Positions 30,048-40,297 are shown, counted from the stretch's first letter. The stretch: DNA of 64,000 nucleotides from Terriglobia bacterium (GCA_965198225.1 CBDAOY010000007.1:862045-926044), one strand, 5' to 3'. Program-made: numbers and translations. The notes: generated from the sequence alone by a model not told the origin.

Positions 30048-30226
30048 GCGTAGGCCGTTATCCGTAGGCCGTTGTTGTGGTACGGGTCCGCCAACGCGAA
30101 AGTAACCAATGGTGGGCGAACAACAACGTTCCCACAGTGGGGTTGTCGTTAGTAGCTGGTAGTCTCGCTTGATCTGACCCGTGCGGTCGTAGACCGCACC
30201 AACGGCCTGCGGATAACGGCCTACGC
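30048..30226. repeat. Inverted-repeat element, family D (27-bp terminal inverted repeat) with an embedded GTGCGGTC-GTA-GACCGCAC palindrome
   Basis: GCGTAGGCCGTTATCCGTAGGCCGTTG at 30048-30074 versus the reverse complement of CAACGGCCTGCGGATAACGGCCTACGC at 30200-30226 (1 mismatch). The palindrome GTGCGGTCGTAGACCGCAC at 30181-30199 belongs to the same family as the sites at 55312, 55338 and 57891. Confidence 0.55.
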
Positions 30227-30254
30227 CCCCCTGACCGCACAACATGACGAAACC

Positions 30255-31502
30255 ATGAGTAAGACGAGCGACAATCTGATCCTCCTCAAGAACGGGCTGC
30301 TCGTCGACGGCTCCGGGCCGGATCCTGTCGGCAAGGTCGACGTTCTTGTCGAGGGAAGTCGGATCAAAGAGGTGTCCGACAAGGCGATCAAGGCCAGGGG
30401 GGCGCAGAAACACGACCTCAAGGGTCGGACGTTGATGCCCGGCCTGATCGACTGTCACGCGCATCCCTGCCTGACGCAGATGAAACTGGCCAGCCTGGAG
30501 GACGTGCCGCTGACGCTGATGACCGCGCAGGCTTCCACGATCTTGCGAGGAATGCTCGACCGGGGTTTTACGAGTATCCGTGACGCGGCCGGCGGAGACT
30601 GGGGCCTGAAGGAAGCCGTCGAAAAGGGCCACATCGCCGGACCGCGAATGTTTATCTCGGGTCGGGCTTTGAGCCAGACGGGCGGTCACGGCGACTTTCG
30701 TCGCCGGACCGACGACTCCATCCCGTGCAGTTGTGGGAACGCCCTGCATTTCACGACCCGTGTCGCCGACGGGATCGATGAGGTCCGGCAGGCGGCGCGT
30801 GACGAACTGCGGAAGGGCGCCGATCAAATCAAGGTGATGGTCTCGGGGGGCGTCGTTTCTCCGAATGATCCACTCGAGGCATGTCAGTACTCGAGCGAGG
30901 AAATCCGGGCGATCGTGGACGAAGCCGAGGCTGCCGGAACCTACGTCCTGGCCCACGCTTACACCGCCGAGGCGATCACCCATGCCGTCAAGGCCGGCGT
31001 CCGCTCGCTCGAGCACGCGAACCTGATCGATGCCGAGGCCGCGCGCCTCGTCGCGGCCGAGGGAGCCTACGTCGTACCAACGCTCGTGACCTACGACGCG
31101 CTCGAACGCCTTGGCAAGGAGCTGGGCCTTACCGCGGCAATGCTGGAGAAGCTGGCACGTGTGCGGTCGTTCGGACTGGACTCGCTGGAAGTGTGCAAGA
31201 GAGCCGGGGTCCAGTTAGGTTTCGGTACAGATTTATTGGGCGAGACCCACGATGAACAATCCCGCGAGTTCCTGATCCGTTCCGAGGTGCAGCCCGCACA
31301 CGAGGTGATCGCGTCGGCGACGCGCATCAACGCAGAGATTCTGCAGAAGAAAGGAGAGCTTGGCGTCGTCGCCGCGGGAGCGACGGCGGACTTGCTGGTC
31401 GTCGACGGCAATCCCCTGAAAGATCTCAATCTGCTGCAGGACCAGGGAAAGCATCTGTGCGTCATCATGAAGGACGGGCGGATCCACAAGAACCTTCTGT
31501 GA
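30255..31502 (+). CDS. Amidohydrolase-family protein (metal-dependent hydrolase)
   Basis: LLKNGLLVDGSG..., metal-ligand motif LIDCHAHPC, and the VLAHAYTAEAI region. Confidence 0.8.
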   Translation: MSKTSDNLILLKNGLLVDGSGPDPVGKVDVLVEGSRIKEVSDKAIKARGAQKHDLKGRTLMPGLIDCHAHPCLTQMKLASLEDVPLTLMTAQASTILRGMLDRGFTSIRDAAGGDWGLKEAVEKGHIAGPRMFISGRALSQTGGHGDFRRRTDDSIPCSCGNALHFTTRVADGIDEVRQAARDELRKGADQIKVMVSGGVVSPNDPLEACQYSSEEIRAIVDEAEAAGTYVLAHAYTAEAITHAVKAGVRSLEHANLIDAEAARLVAAEGAYVVPTLVTYDALERLGKELGLTAAMLEKLARVRSFGLDSLEVCKRAGVQLGFGTDLLGETHDEQSREFLIRSEVQPAHEVIASATRINAEILQKKGELGVVAAGATADLLVVDGNPLKDLNLLQDQGKHLCVIMKDGRIHKNLL

Positions 31503-31525
31503 CGGCCGGCGGTACCGATTCGACG

Positions 31526-32710
31526 ATGCCTGACGAAAGCGCGCAACTTCCGCAGACGACGGACGTCAACAACCCCGAAGCGATTGCATCGATGGTCACG
31601 CTCGGTGTCATCGGGGCGATGGGCACGTTCACGTTCCTGCCCATGGTCGTCGGCACAGCCGTGGATGACCTGGGATTCACACCACAGCAGGCCGGGCTGC
31701 TCGCTTCCGCCGAGATGGCCGGTGCCGGTCTCGGCACCTTTGTCGTTTCTCCGCGTGTCCATCTGTGGAACCGACGCAAGATTGCGTTCCTCGGCCTCGT
31801 GTCAATCATAGCTGGTGCAACGCTGTCGGTGCTCGCCGGCAGTTACGGGCTGTTGATCCCGTCACGCGCACTGACGGGCCTTGGAGCGGGTGCGATCGTG
31901 GCGGCGGTCATCGCGTCGATGTCCGGGGCGCGGAACCCTGAACGCCTGTTCGGGTTGTGGACGATCTTCAACATGGTGATGGCCAGCACCTTGTTCTTTA
32001 TGGTGATGCCGCGAGTGATCGCATTCTGGGGTGCCGACGGTGTGTTCGGCGCCCTCGGTGTCGCGGCGGTGATCGGAACCTTCGCCCTGCGGAAGTATCC
32101 GGTGAACTTCGCCGCGACGAGGGATGAGGCGGCTGTGCGGGCGATCGACATACGGAAGGTCGGTTTCGGCCTCGCCGCGATCTTCTGTGCCTACCTTGCT
32201 CACGGCGCGATCTGGGCCTACATGGAACGCATCGGGCTGGGTGCGAACCTCGATGCCGGCTTGATCAGTCGGGTCCTGGGTTCAGCCGCCCTGGCTGGGC
32301 TGGCAGGGGGTCTGCTGGTGACCTGGTTGGGGACTCGATCCGGCCGAGTCGTGCCGAACCTTGCCGCGCTGATTGTCTCGATCGCGAGCCTGCTCTTTGT
32401 CATCAATGGATCCACCGCGGAGGCCTTCATTGCCGCCGCCCTGCTGTTCTATATCGCGTGGGTGTTCGGCCTGCCTTACTTGATGGGCGTCATCGCGGGC
32501 CTCGATCCCGGTGGACGGGCCGGCGCCTTTGCCATCGTGATGCAGAACATCGGACTTGCCCTGGGACCCGCCCTGGCCGGTTTCATGGTTACCGGAGAAG
32601 GCTTCGCCGTTCTCGGCTGGATGGGCTTGGGCCTGTACGGGGCTTGCCTGGCCCTGATCGTTCCAATCGCCCTGTTCCTCGACCGACGCGAGCGGCTGGC
32701 ACCCGCGTAG
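31526..32710 (+). CDS. MFS-type transporter
   Basis: About 395 aa with 10-12 predicted TM helices rich in G/A/L. Start is taken at the internal ATG (MPDESAQL) to avoid a 46-nt overlap with the upstream gene. Confidence 0.65.
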   Translation: MPDESAQLPQTTDVNNPEAIASMVTLGVIGAMGTFTFLPMVVGTAVDDLGFTPQQAGLLASAEMAGAGLGTFVVSPRVHLWNRRKIAFLGLVSIIAGATLSVLAGSYGLLIPSRALTGLGAGAIVAAVIASMSGARNPERLFGLWTIFNMVMASTLFFMVMPRVIAFWGADGVFGALGVAAVIGTFALRKYPVNFAATRDEAAVRAIDIRKVGFGLAAIFCAYLAHGAIWAYMERIGLGANLDAGLISRVLGSAALAGLAGGLLVTWLGTRSGRVVPNLAALIVSIASLLFVINGSTAEAFIAAALLFYIAWVFGLPYLMGVIAGLDPGGRAGAFAIVMQNIGLALGPALAGFMVTGEGFAVLGWMGLGLYGACLALIVPIALFLDRRERLAPA

Positions 32711-32722
32711 GATGGGTTATTC

Positions 32723-34906
32723 GTGCCGCTAGCCCGCATCCTGCTCATGTGCCTGATCGGTGCCGGTTTCCCAAACCTGGCCACCGCCCAGGGACTTGGG
32801 CCGGGGCCGATCGACGACTACGATGCGCTGCGGGCTGCGAAGGTCTACGAGGCCCGGCGAACCAGCGAGCGCATCGTCGTCGACGGGATTGTCGACGAGC
32901 CGGCCTGGGGGCGGGCTGTCGCCGACGATGACTTTTATCAGAACGATCCGGTTCGTGGCACCCCGCCCGACGACCGGACCGTGCTGCGGATCCTCTACGA
33001 CGACGTCAACCTCTACGTCGGGATCGTGTGTTACCAGGCCGGCCCCGCCATCATCTCCGAGCTCAGACGCGATTTCGAACCGTTCGACGGTGACATTCTA
33101 GCCGTGTCGCTCGACACGTTCGACGACGACCGCAACGGATTCATCTTCCAGACGAATCCCGGAGGTGCGAAACGGGATCAGCAGATCGCCGGCGGAGTTC
33201 GGAGCTCGGACTGGAACGGCGTCTACGACGTCGTGTCCCACATCGATGACGGGTGGTGGAGCACCGAGTATGCGATTCCGTTCAAGACGCTCCGGTTCGA
33301 CGAGGTGAGCGAGGGCCAGCGCTGGGGATTGAACATCTTCCGGATCATCCGCTACTCGAACGAGAGCGTGATTTGGACCCCGGCTCCCCGGCCGTTCGGC
33401 CCGGCGGACATGTTTATATCGGGTTCTCTGGTCGGACTCGAGGGCGTCACGCAGGGACGGAACCTGTACGTGAAGCCGTTCGCCCTGGCCGAATTCAGAC
33501 CCGACGCCCCAGACGGTCGGAGCGATTACGACGCCGGCTTCGACGTGAAGTATGGCGTGACATCCGAATTGACGCTGGACCTGACCGTCAACACCGACTT
33601 CTCTCAGGTCGAGGTCGATGAACAGCAGATCAACCTGACCCGTTTCAGCCTGTTCTTCCCGGAAAAGCGCGATTTCTTCCTGGAGAATGCCGGATTGTTC
33701 GACATCGGCGGCGTGGTCGGCGCGCCCGGTGGGGGGGCACGGAGGGACGTGATCCCGTTCTTCAGCAGGCGCATCGGACTTTCTGACGCGGGGTCTCCGT
33801 TGCCCATCCGTGGGGGCGCACGTCTGACCGGCAAAGTCGGCGGGTTTGATCTCGGAGTGATGAACATTCAGGTTGGCCAAAACGAGGAAATCCCGTCCGA
33901 CAACTGGTCGATCTTGCGGCTGAAACGCGACATCATGGCAAACTCCGACATCGGTGGATTCTTCTTCAACCGGGACACGGGCGGCAGCTCGTACTGGAAT
34001 CGGACCGCAGGGGCCGACATGAACCTGCGCTTCTTCCAGCGCCGCTTCGCCATCTCGGGTTTTGCGATACGAACCGACAATCCGGACAAGAACGAGGAGA
34101 ACCTTGCCGGCAGTTTCGAGACGTCTTACCGGGACAATTTCTTTACAGCGCGCGGCGGTTACCTGTCGGTCGGGGAAGGCTTCAATAACGATTTCGGATT
34201 CACGCGCCGGAAGGCAATCCGCAAGGGCGACTTCTTTTTCAGTGTCAGCCCACGTCCGAATACCCGACTGATACGCGCCGTTGTCCCGCAGGTGCAGTCC
34301 ACCTACGTCACGGACCGTAATAATCGAGTCATCACCAGGGAACACCGGGCTGGACTCCGCGTCAACTTTCAGGATGGCGCGAACTTCGGGGTCGACCGCA
34401 ACATGCGTTTCGAACGACTCGATCGGGCATTCCCCATCCGCTCGGTCATCGAGATCCCGGCAGGCGATCACGGCTTCGATGACTGGAACGCGACCTTCCG
34501 AACGTCCGGTGGGCGACGCATTACCGTCGGTGGCAACCTGAGAACCGGCGATTTCTGGGACGGAAAGAGACGCCAGACCGGCCTGAACCTGAGCTATCGG
34601 CAGAGCATCTATTTGAACAGTGCCATCAGCTGGTCGAGAAACAAGGTCGAGCTCGCCCAAGGGAACTTTACGACGGACCTCATCGGCCTGCGGTTGAACT
34701 TTGCCTTCTCACCGCGGATGTTCTTCGAGAACTTCATCCAGTACAACTCTGACCGCCGAACCGTCTCCTCCAACGTCCGGTTCCGTTTTATCCATCATCC
34801 TTTGAGCGACTTCTACGTTGTCTACACCGAAGTTCGCGGGACCGGCGGCAATCCCGAGCTCCATCGCACGCTGACCATCAAGCTCAACAACCTCTTCGCC
34901 TTCTGA
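32723..34906 (+). CDS. DUF5916 / CBM9-like domain secreted protein
   Basis: 727 aa with a signal peptide, an N-terminal carbohydrate-binding-family-9-like module (VDGIVDEPAWGRA..DFYQNDP) and a long C-terminal beta-rich region. The architecture matches DUF5916 proteins. Confidence 0.55.
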   Translation: MPLARILLMCLIGAGFPNLATAQGLGPGPIDDYDALRAAKVYEARRTSERIVVDGIVDEPAWGRAVADDDFYQNDPVRGTPPDDRTVLRILYDDVNLYVGIVCYQAGPAIISELRRDFEPFDGDILAVSLDTFDDDRNGFIFQTNPGGAKRDQQIAGGVRSSDWNGVYDVVSHIDDGWWSTEYAIPFKTLRFDEVSEGQRWGLNIFRIIRYSNESVIWTPAPRPFGPADMFISGSLVGLEGVTQGRNLYVKPFALAEFRPDAPDGRSDYDAGFDVKYGVTSELTLDLTVNTDFSQVEVDEQQINLTRFSLFFPEKRDFFLENAGLFDIGGVVGAPGGGARRDVIPFFSRRIGLSDAGSPLPIRGGARLTGKVGGFDLGVMNIQVGQNEEIPSDNWSILRLKRDIMANSDIGGFFFNRDTGGSSYWNRTAGADMNLRFFQRRFAISGFAIRTDNPDKNEENLAGSFETSYRDNFFTARGGYLSVGEGFNNDFGFTRRKAIRKGDFFFSVSPRPNTRLIRAVVPQVQSTYVTDRNNRVITREHRAGLRVNFQDGANFGVDRNMRFERLDRAFPIRSVIEIPAGDHGFDDWNATFRTSGGRRITVGGNLRTGDFWDGKRRQTGLNLSYRQSIYLNSAISWSRNKVELAQGNFTTDLIGLRLNFAFSPRMFFENFIQYNSDRRTVSSNVRFRFIHHPLSDFYVVYTEVRGTGGNPELHRTLTIKLNNLFAF

Positions 34907-34934
34907 AGCGACAACCTCTTGGCTTTCTGAAGAT

Positions 34935-35747
34935 GTGTATGATGGTCGGCGCATGCGTCGTCCGATCAAAGTGTTCATCTTCCTGTTTGTACTGGCGCGG
35001 GCGCCCGCCATCGGCGCACAGAGCGGACCCTACGACGCCACACCTCAACGTCCGACATTCACCTCCGACACATCGACCACAGCGCCCGGAACGATGGAGA
35101 TCGAATTCGGGGGCTCCGCCACGGGCTCGGGTGGCGGCTTTCTGGCGTTGCCGACGATGCTGAAGTTCACACCCGACGTCGGGGCCGGTGTCTTCCGTCA
35201 AGCCGAGTTCAGCGTGAGTTTCGACGCCCTGCAGCGCGATTCTTCAGGGGCGGAAACGGAATCGCGCTTCGGCGATTCGCTGCTGCTGGCCGTGCGTCGT
35301 CCGGTCTTGGAGGGGGATTCGTTCTCGGTGGCCGTCGCTCCACTCGCTCAGTTCTTCCTCCGCGATCAGGCCGGCGCACGGCTGGGCTTGCTGGGCATCG
35401 CGGCCTATTCGTCGGGCCTCGAGGCCGTCGTTGCCAACTTTACCTGGACGGCAGCGACCTCTTCGTCGCCGGCGAACCCGGCGCACAAGTACGACTTCGC
35501 CCTGGACTACGCGCACACCATGGGCTCGACCGGGATTGCTTCTCGGCTCGGCGTGTTTGCGGGAATACTGATCGAAAAGCCCACCCAAGCGGACACATCC
35601 GTTTCGATGAGCCAGGGAATCACCTACCGGATGCGTCCCGACCTGGTCTGGGATGTGGCCATCGTCGAGAACGGTCTCGCGTCAGGCCAGGCGGGTTACC
35701 AGGTATTGGCCGGGCTGACCGTCAACCTCGGTCGACTGGTCCCTTGA
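34935..35747 (+). CDS. Secreted hypothetical protein (possible outer-membrane beta-barrel)
   Basis: Signal peptide followed by an alternating-hydrophobic, G/S/T-rich sequence. No confident family. Confidence 0.4.
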   Translation: MYDGRRMRRPIKVFIFLFVLARAPAIGAQSGPYDATPQRPTFTSDTSTTAPGTMEIEFGGSATGSGGGFLALPTMLKFTPDVGAGVFRQAEFSVSFDALQRDSSGAETESRFGDSLLLAVRRPVLEGDSFSVAVAPLAQFFLRDQAGARLGLLGIAAYSSGLEAVVANFTWTAATSSSPANPAHKYDFALDYAHTMGSTGIASRLGVFAGILIEKPTQADTSVSMSQGITYRMRPDLVWDVAIVENGLASGQAGYQVLAGLTVNLGRLVP

Positions 35748-35772
35748 CAGCAATCTGCCGGCTTGACGCTTC

Positions 35773-36130
35773 ATGCATGGTGGGGGGTTGCAAAACGGGG
35801 ACAAGCGCAGGGTTCGGCATATTGGCCGGCGTTTTGCTTCCGAAGGCTTCATAACCGTCTGTAACAACTACCGCCTCACACCACCCAACGCCCATCCGGC
35901 CCATATCGAAGACGCGGCGGCGGCGTTTGACTGGGTCTATCGAAACATCGGGGAATACGGAGGCGATCCCGGCATGATTTTTGTGTCCGGAGGTTCGGCC
36001 GGCGGTTACCTTGCAGCGCTGCTGGCCTACGACAACCGGTACCTCGCCGAACATGACTTGTCCACGTCGCTGACTACGGCCGTGATACCGATCAGTGGGC
36101 TCGTCGACGTGACGCGGGCGAATCGTCGCC
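35773..36130 (+). pseudogene. Remnant of an alpha/beta-hydrolase (esterase/arylformamidase-like) gene
   Basis: Contains HGGG (oxyanion) and GGSAGG (nucleophile) motifs, then decays into low-complexity sequence. The Asp/His half is missing. Confidence 0.45.
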
Positions 36131-36190
36131 CGTGCAGAGGTCCAGAGCCGAAAAGCCTTCTGCGTCCGGCGCAGTTTGCGCGGTGCCTCT

Positions 36191-38050
36191 TTACCAACCC
36201 ACGGCGTAGGCCACCCGCCTGGGGTCTGCTCCGGCCCACAAGGTCCCGGTTCTGAGGTCCCGAAAGATCCCCTGGTTGCTGCCGAGGCTGTACGGAGCCG
36301 CCAGCTCCACGTGGTGCCCGATGTCCATAAGCGACGCAGCAATCGCGGGGTCCACACGGCTCTCGAGGTTTAGGACGACCTGTGCACCGGGTAGGTAGAA
36401 GTTCGGCTCTACGGTCAACGCGAACCGCGGCGCCGCCACTGCCTCCAGAATCGACATTTCGAACTCCAACACGTTGAGTACGGTCTGGAACTGTGTCTGG
36501 CCAATGGTCTCGCCGCCGGGAGATCCGATCGCGAGGACGAACTCGCCGTCCTTCATGACAATGACGGGGGAGTTGTTCAGCAACGGAATCTGCCCACCGC
36601 GGACGTAGTTGACGTCGTCCTGATACGGGGAGGTCGAGCCGATCCGGGTCCCGTTGTTAAACAGCAGTCCGGTAGTGCCGACGACCACCCCAGTACCGAA
36701 CCCTCCACCGTGGGTCGGCGTGGCGGCTATCACATTCCCGAATTGATCCGCGACGGAGAAGCTGGTCGTACCGCCTACCTCTGCATCCTCATCGAACTGC
36801 GGTCCACGAGGGGCCCCGATCAGCGCCGGGGCGTCGGCTGTCGAGTGAGGAGGCTGGCCCGCTTCCGGATAGTCCATCGCCGCCGACCGGCTGATAAGGC
36901 CGCGGCGCTCGGCCGCGTACTCCTTCGACAGCATGCCGGCCACCGGGATATCAGTGAAGTCGGGGTCGCCGACGTAGTGGTAGATGTCGGACTTCGCGAC
37001 CTTGATCGCTTCAGCAAGAATGTGAAGAGTCTCCGCGCTGTTGTGACCCAGTGCCCTGAGGTCGAAGCCTTCAACGAGGTTCAGCTGCATGGCGACTTCG
37101 AAGCCGCCTCGGGACGTCGATGGGCTCGAGTAGATGTCGTAGCCGCGGAAGGTCGTGTGAACCGGCTCGGCCCAGATCGGCTCGTACGCGGCGAAGTCGT
37201 CGAGCGTGAAGTCTCCACCGTTTTCCCTATAGAACCGGGCCATCTCTTGGGCGATGTCGCCCTTGTAAAAGCGATCGAAGGCGGCTTGCAGAGCTTGGGA
37301 CCTGCTCTTGCCCTCTGCGAGCGCCTGTTGCTCGGCTTGCACCACCTTCCTGAAGGTGTTCGCCAAGTCGGTCATGCGGAACATTTCCCCCGGCTCAGGC
37401 ACCTTCCCGTCAGGCATGAACACACCAACGCTCGTCGGGAACCGTTCGAAGAACGATCGCGATCGGGCGATGGAGCCGGCGACAGACTCCTCGATTGGAT
37501 GGCCGTTCTCCGCGTAGTCGATAGCGGGCTCGAGTACCTCGGCCAGGCTCATCGTTCCGAACCGGTCGAGGACCGCGATCCAGCCTCCGAACAGCCCGGG
37601 CACCACACCGGCTCGAATCCCCTTATTCAGGGACTCCCGCGTCATCGTCTCGGGGTCGATCGCCAGGGCCGCGGCACCCGTCGCGCCCAATGAATAGACC
37701 TGATCGGTCGCCTTGTCGTAGATCGTGAAGAAGCCGTTCCCCCCGATACCCGAGCTCTGTGGCCTCACGACGTGCAGGGTGGCTAGGGTGGCCACTGTGG
37801 CGTCGGCCGCGTTGCCTCCCTGAAGCAGGATCCTCAGTCCCGTCGTCGATGCGAGTGGATGACCGGCGGTGACCGCTCCGTTCGTGAATTGGACGGCCGG
37901 TCGGTACACGGAAAGAGACTGAGCCGCCGGACCCGCGGCATCCGGGTGTATCTGGTCCTGGCGGTTTTGCGCCAGCAGCCCGGCAGGTGCCAATAGGGTC
38001 AGGATCAGGAGGCCACCAATCACGACCCGGAATCTGCTCTCGATGCTCAT
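36191..38050 (-). CDS. ggt: Gamma-glutamyltransferase
   Basis: GGT-family sequence throughout, including the autoprocessing region (..TTSFSVADQFGNV..). Start is taken at MSIESRFRVVIGGLLILTLLAPAGLLA (signal peptide), 59 codons inside the ORF-track start. Confidence 0.9.
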   Translation of the reverse strand: MSIESRFRVVIGGLLILTLLAPAGLLAQNRQDQIHPDAAGPAAQSLSVYRPAVQFTNGAVTAGHPLASTTGLRILLQGGNAADATVATLATLHVVRPQSSGIGGNGFFTIYDKATDQVYSLGATGAAALAIDPETMTRESLNKGIRAGVVPGLFGGWIAVLDRFGTMSLAEVLEPAIDYAENGHPIEESVAGSIARSRSFFERFPTSVGVFMPDGKVPEPGEMFRMTDLANTFRKVVQAEQQALAEGKSRSQALQAAFDRFYKGDIAQEMARFYRENGGDFTLDDFAAYEPIWAEPVHTTFRGYDIYSSPSTSRGGFEVAMQLNLVEGFDLRALGHNSAETLHILAEAIKVAKSDIYHYVGDPDFTDIPVAGMLSKEYAAERRGLISRSAAMDYPEAGQPPHSTADAPALIGAPRGPQFDEDAEVGGTTSFSVADQFGNVIAATPTHGGGFGTGVVVGTTGLLFNNGTRIGSTSPYQDDVNYVRGGQIPLLNNSPVIVMKDGEFVLAIGSPGGETIGQTQFQTVLNVLEFEMSILEAVAAPRFALTVEPNFYLPGAQVVLNLESRVDPAIAASLMDIGHHVELAAPYSLGSNQGIFRDLRTGTLWAGADPRRVAYAVGW

Positions 38051-38232
38051 GGCTCTCGTCCTCGTTTTCACAGGGTGACGGCCGATCTGAAGGCCTGATG
38101 CCCGTAACCCACGATACCGCCCACACGCGGGCGACGCTCGCACGGTCAAGGCGCTACCTAACGGACACTCGCTTAAGCTGCAGCGCGAAGCGCTGTCAGT
38201 CTTCAAGCGATTGCTAGGCCGCTGCACCTTCT

Positions 38233-39051
38233 TTATCCGGGCACCACCGCCACATACGCCCCCACTGGATCCTGAAGCACCGCATATGCGTACCCCCGAT
38301 CGTTCGCCGGTGTCTCCTTGATGATCTTACCCCCTTCCTGCGGTACGCGACGGAGACTTTCGGCGAGGTCGCCAACGGGGAGGTAGAGCATCCAGACAGG
38401 CGGCACATCCAGGTTCACGCCGCGGGCATGGCAGACGCCCGCCGCGGCGTTTCCATCATCGCCGAGCATATTGTAGTCGGCGTAGCGCTTGCTCGCGTCG
38501 TCCATCTCGACGTCCTTCGCGCTCCAGCCAACGACCTGTCCGTAGAACTCACGGGTTGCCGTGGCGTCAGATACCGTCAAGTCGAGCCAGGCGACGCATC
38601 CCACAGGTGCCGACGGATCGCGCGATGCGGCGCCGTCTGATGCGGAAATTTCTTCCGTCGAAACGACTGGAATGATCCCGAACGTCGCCCCATTGGGATC
38701 GAGCAGCACCGCCCACTGGCTCTTTCCATCGTCGTCCTTGCCATGCATGAGCTCGCTCCCGCCCAGACCCAGGGCACGCTCAACACTCGTTGCGACATCA
38801 GCGACCTGAATGTGCGGCATCCATTGGAGAGGGAGCATCTCATGCTCCGTGCTACGCGCGCCCAATCCGATGATCGGCATGCCGAGGTTGTTCATTAGAT
38901 CCTCGCGCCAAAGCGGGCTCTCACCCGTGCTGAGTACACGCGAGTAGAAGCGCACTTCACGTTCGTGTTCGGGAACGGCGATGTCGGCGCTGAGGACTCC
39001 GCCGACGCGTGGAGCAAAGGGGTCACTCATGGTTTGCGTCCTAATTGACAT
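38233..39051 (-). CDS. VOC-family (glyoxalase/bleomycin-resistance/dioxygenase fold) two-domain protein
   Basis: Two tandem beta-alpha-beta-beta-beta modules. The ATFGIIPV and AYVAVVPG-type motifs are typical of the VOC superfamily. Confidence 0.6.
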   Translation of the reverse strand: MSIRTQTMSDPFAPRVGGVLSADIAVPEHEREVRFYSRVLSTGESPLWREDLMNNLGMPIIGLGARSTEHEMLPLQWMPHIQVADVATSVERALGLGGSELMHGKDDDGKSQWAVLLDPNGATFGIIPVVSTEEISASDGAASRDPSAPVGCVAWLDLTVSDATATREFYGQVVGWSAKDVEMDDASKRYADYNMLGDDGNAAAGVCHARGVNLDVPPVWMLYLPVGDLAESLRRVPQEGGKIIKETPANDRGYAYAVLQDPVGAYVAVVPG

Positions 39052-39341
39052 TGCGTGGGAGTGAAAGGCTCATTGGCCAGATATCGTACTTCAATGGTCA
39101 TCGCGGCGACGATTGTCGAGGCAGGGGTGGAGACCTTCTCGAAGAATCGTGCCGCGTGAGGTCACACTTCGTGTCGGTTTGATCCGGGGTCGGCCTAACG
39201 ACCAAGTTCACCGGGCACGCGGCCCAAGGCGAGTAAACGTTGAACAATCGGAAAAGCGTAAACGAAGGTGAAGACGTTGAAAAGCCGAAAGACGAGCGTG
39301 CTCCGGTGCAACGCCTTGTTATGTGGTCAGCGTCGCGGACA

Positions 39342-39869
39342 TCAATCTTGCCAGAACCCACACTCGATGCCACCGTGGATAACAATCGCAAACATGCCAT
39401 GTTCGGGAATCTCCATTGGTGGCATCGCGATTTCGGCTCCCGCTTTTGCGGCAGACTCGACAGCTGCCTTGATGTCATCGACAAGCATATACGGTCGCAC
39501 GACTGGTGTCTCCGTATCACGCAGTGGTCCGCGAATGCCGATCAAGCCGCCGCCATCCAGTTTTGCAGTACGAGCACCACCAAAGTTGCCATCAGGTTCA
39601 CTGAAGGTAATGCCATGGACTGTTGAGTATTGACCACACAAGGCATCCACTTCCGGTGTCACAATTTCAAGGTATTGGACTTTCATCGTTTCTCCTGCCG
39701 CAAGCGGATTTGATTCTCGGGTTTCATGGTTCAACTCATCATTGGATTCCGTCTGCTGAGCTTTATCGGTGCTGGATTGATTGCATCCGGTGATCAGCGT
39801 CACCAATCCCGGAGGAATCGCGAGTGCAAACCCGGTGCGGAGTACGTTACGACGAGTAAGTGAAGGCAT
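39342..39869 (-). CDS. Tat/lipoprotein-signal protein with VOC/glyoxalase-like domain
   Basis: An RRNVLRTGFALAIPPGLVTLITGC (Tat plus lipobox) leader is followed by a domain rich in G/A/I and E/D/H. The gene lies in a lower-GC stretch (39.05-40.08 kb). Confidence 0.5.
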   Translation of the reverse strand: MPSLTRRNVLRTGFALAIPPGLVTLITGCNQSSTDKAQQTESNDELNHETRESNPLAAGETMKVQYLEIVTPEVDALCGQYSTVHGITFSEPDGNFGGARTAKLDGGGLIGIRGPLRDTETPVVRPYMLVDDIKAAVESAAKAGAEIAMPPMEIPEHGMFAIVIHGGIECGFWQD

Positions 39870-40027
39870 GGAATTCTTTCCACATAACTACTATTAGACG
39901 GAACTTCGTAGTAACACAAAACACGCAATCCCGCCCACCTAGCAACATCCCGCCAGTTGGGTGTAATCCATCCGAAACCAGCGGGATAAAGACAAAAATT
40001 GTATGAGCGCTATCCTGACCGATCCGG

Positions 40028-40297
40028 CTATCTATGTCCATCAGATTGGACCAATGAATCCGCCGGGCTCCGGACTCCGCCCGGGCCGCGGTTCAGCACG
40101 TGTGTGTAGACCATCGTTGTGCGAACGTCCTTGTGGCCGAGGAGGTCCTGGACGGTGCGGATGTCATATCCGTCCTCGAGCAGATGAGTCGCGAAGGAGT
40201 GTCTGAATGTGTGACAGGTGGCGGTTTCGCGATGCCGGACCGCGGGACGGCGCTGCGGACGGCCCTTTGGATTACCGACTCATGAAGGTGGTGGCGT
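40028..40297 (-). pseudogene. C-terminal remnant of an integron-integrase-like tyrosine recombinase (IntI/XerD type)
   Basis: The reverse-strand translation reads ..[24 protein letters not shown] / [53 protein letters not shown], carrying the catalytic RHxxxxxLLxxGxDIRTVQxLLGH...TxxYTH box. There is one internal frameshift. The N-terminal ~250 aa are absent and replaced by repeat U1. Confidence 0.7.
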
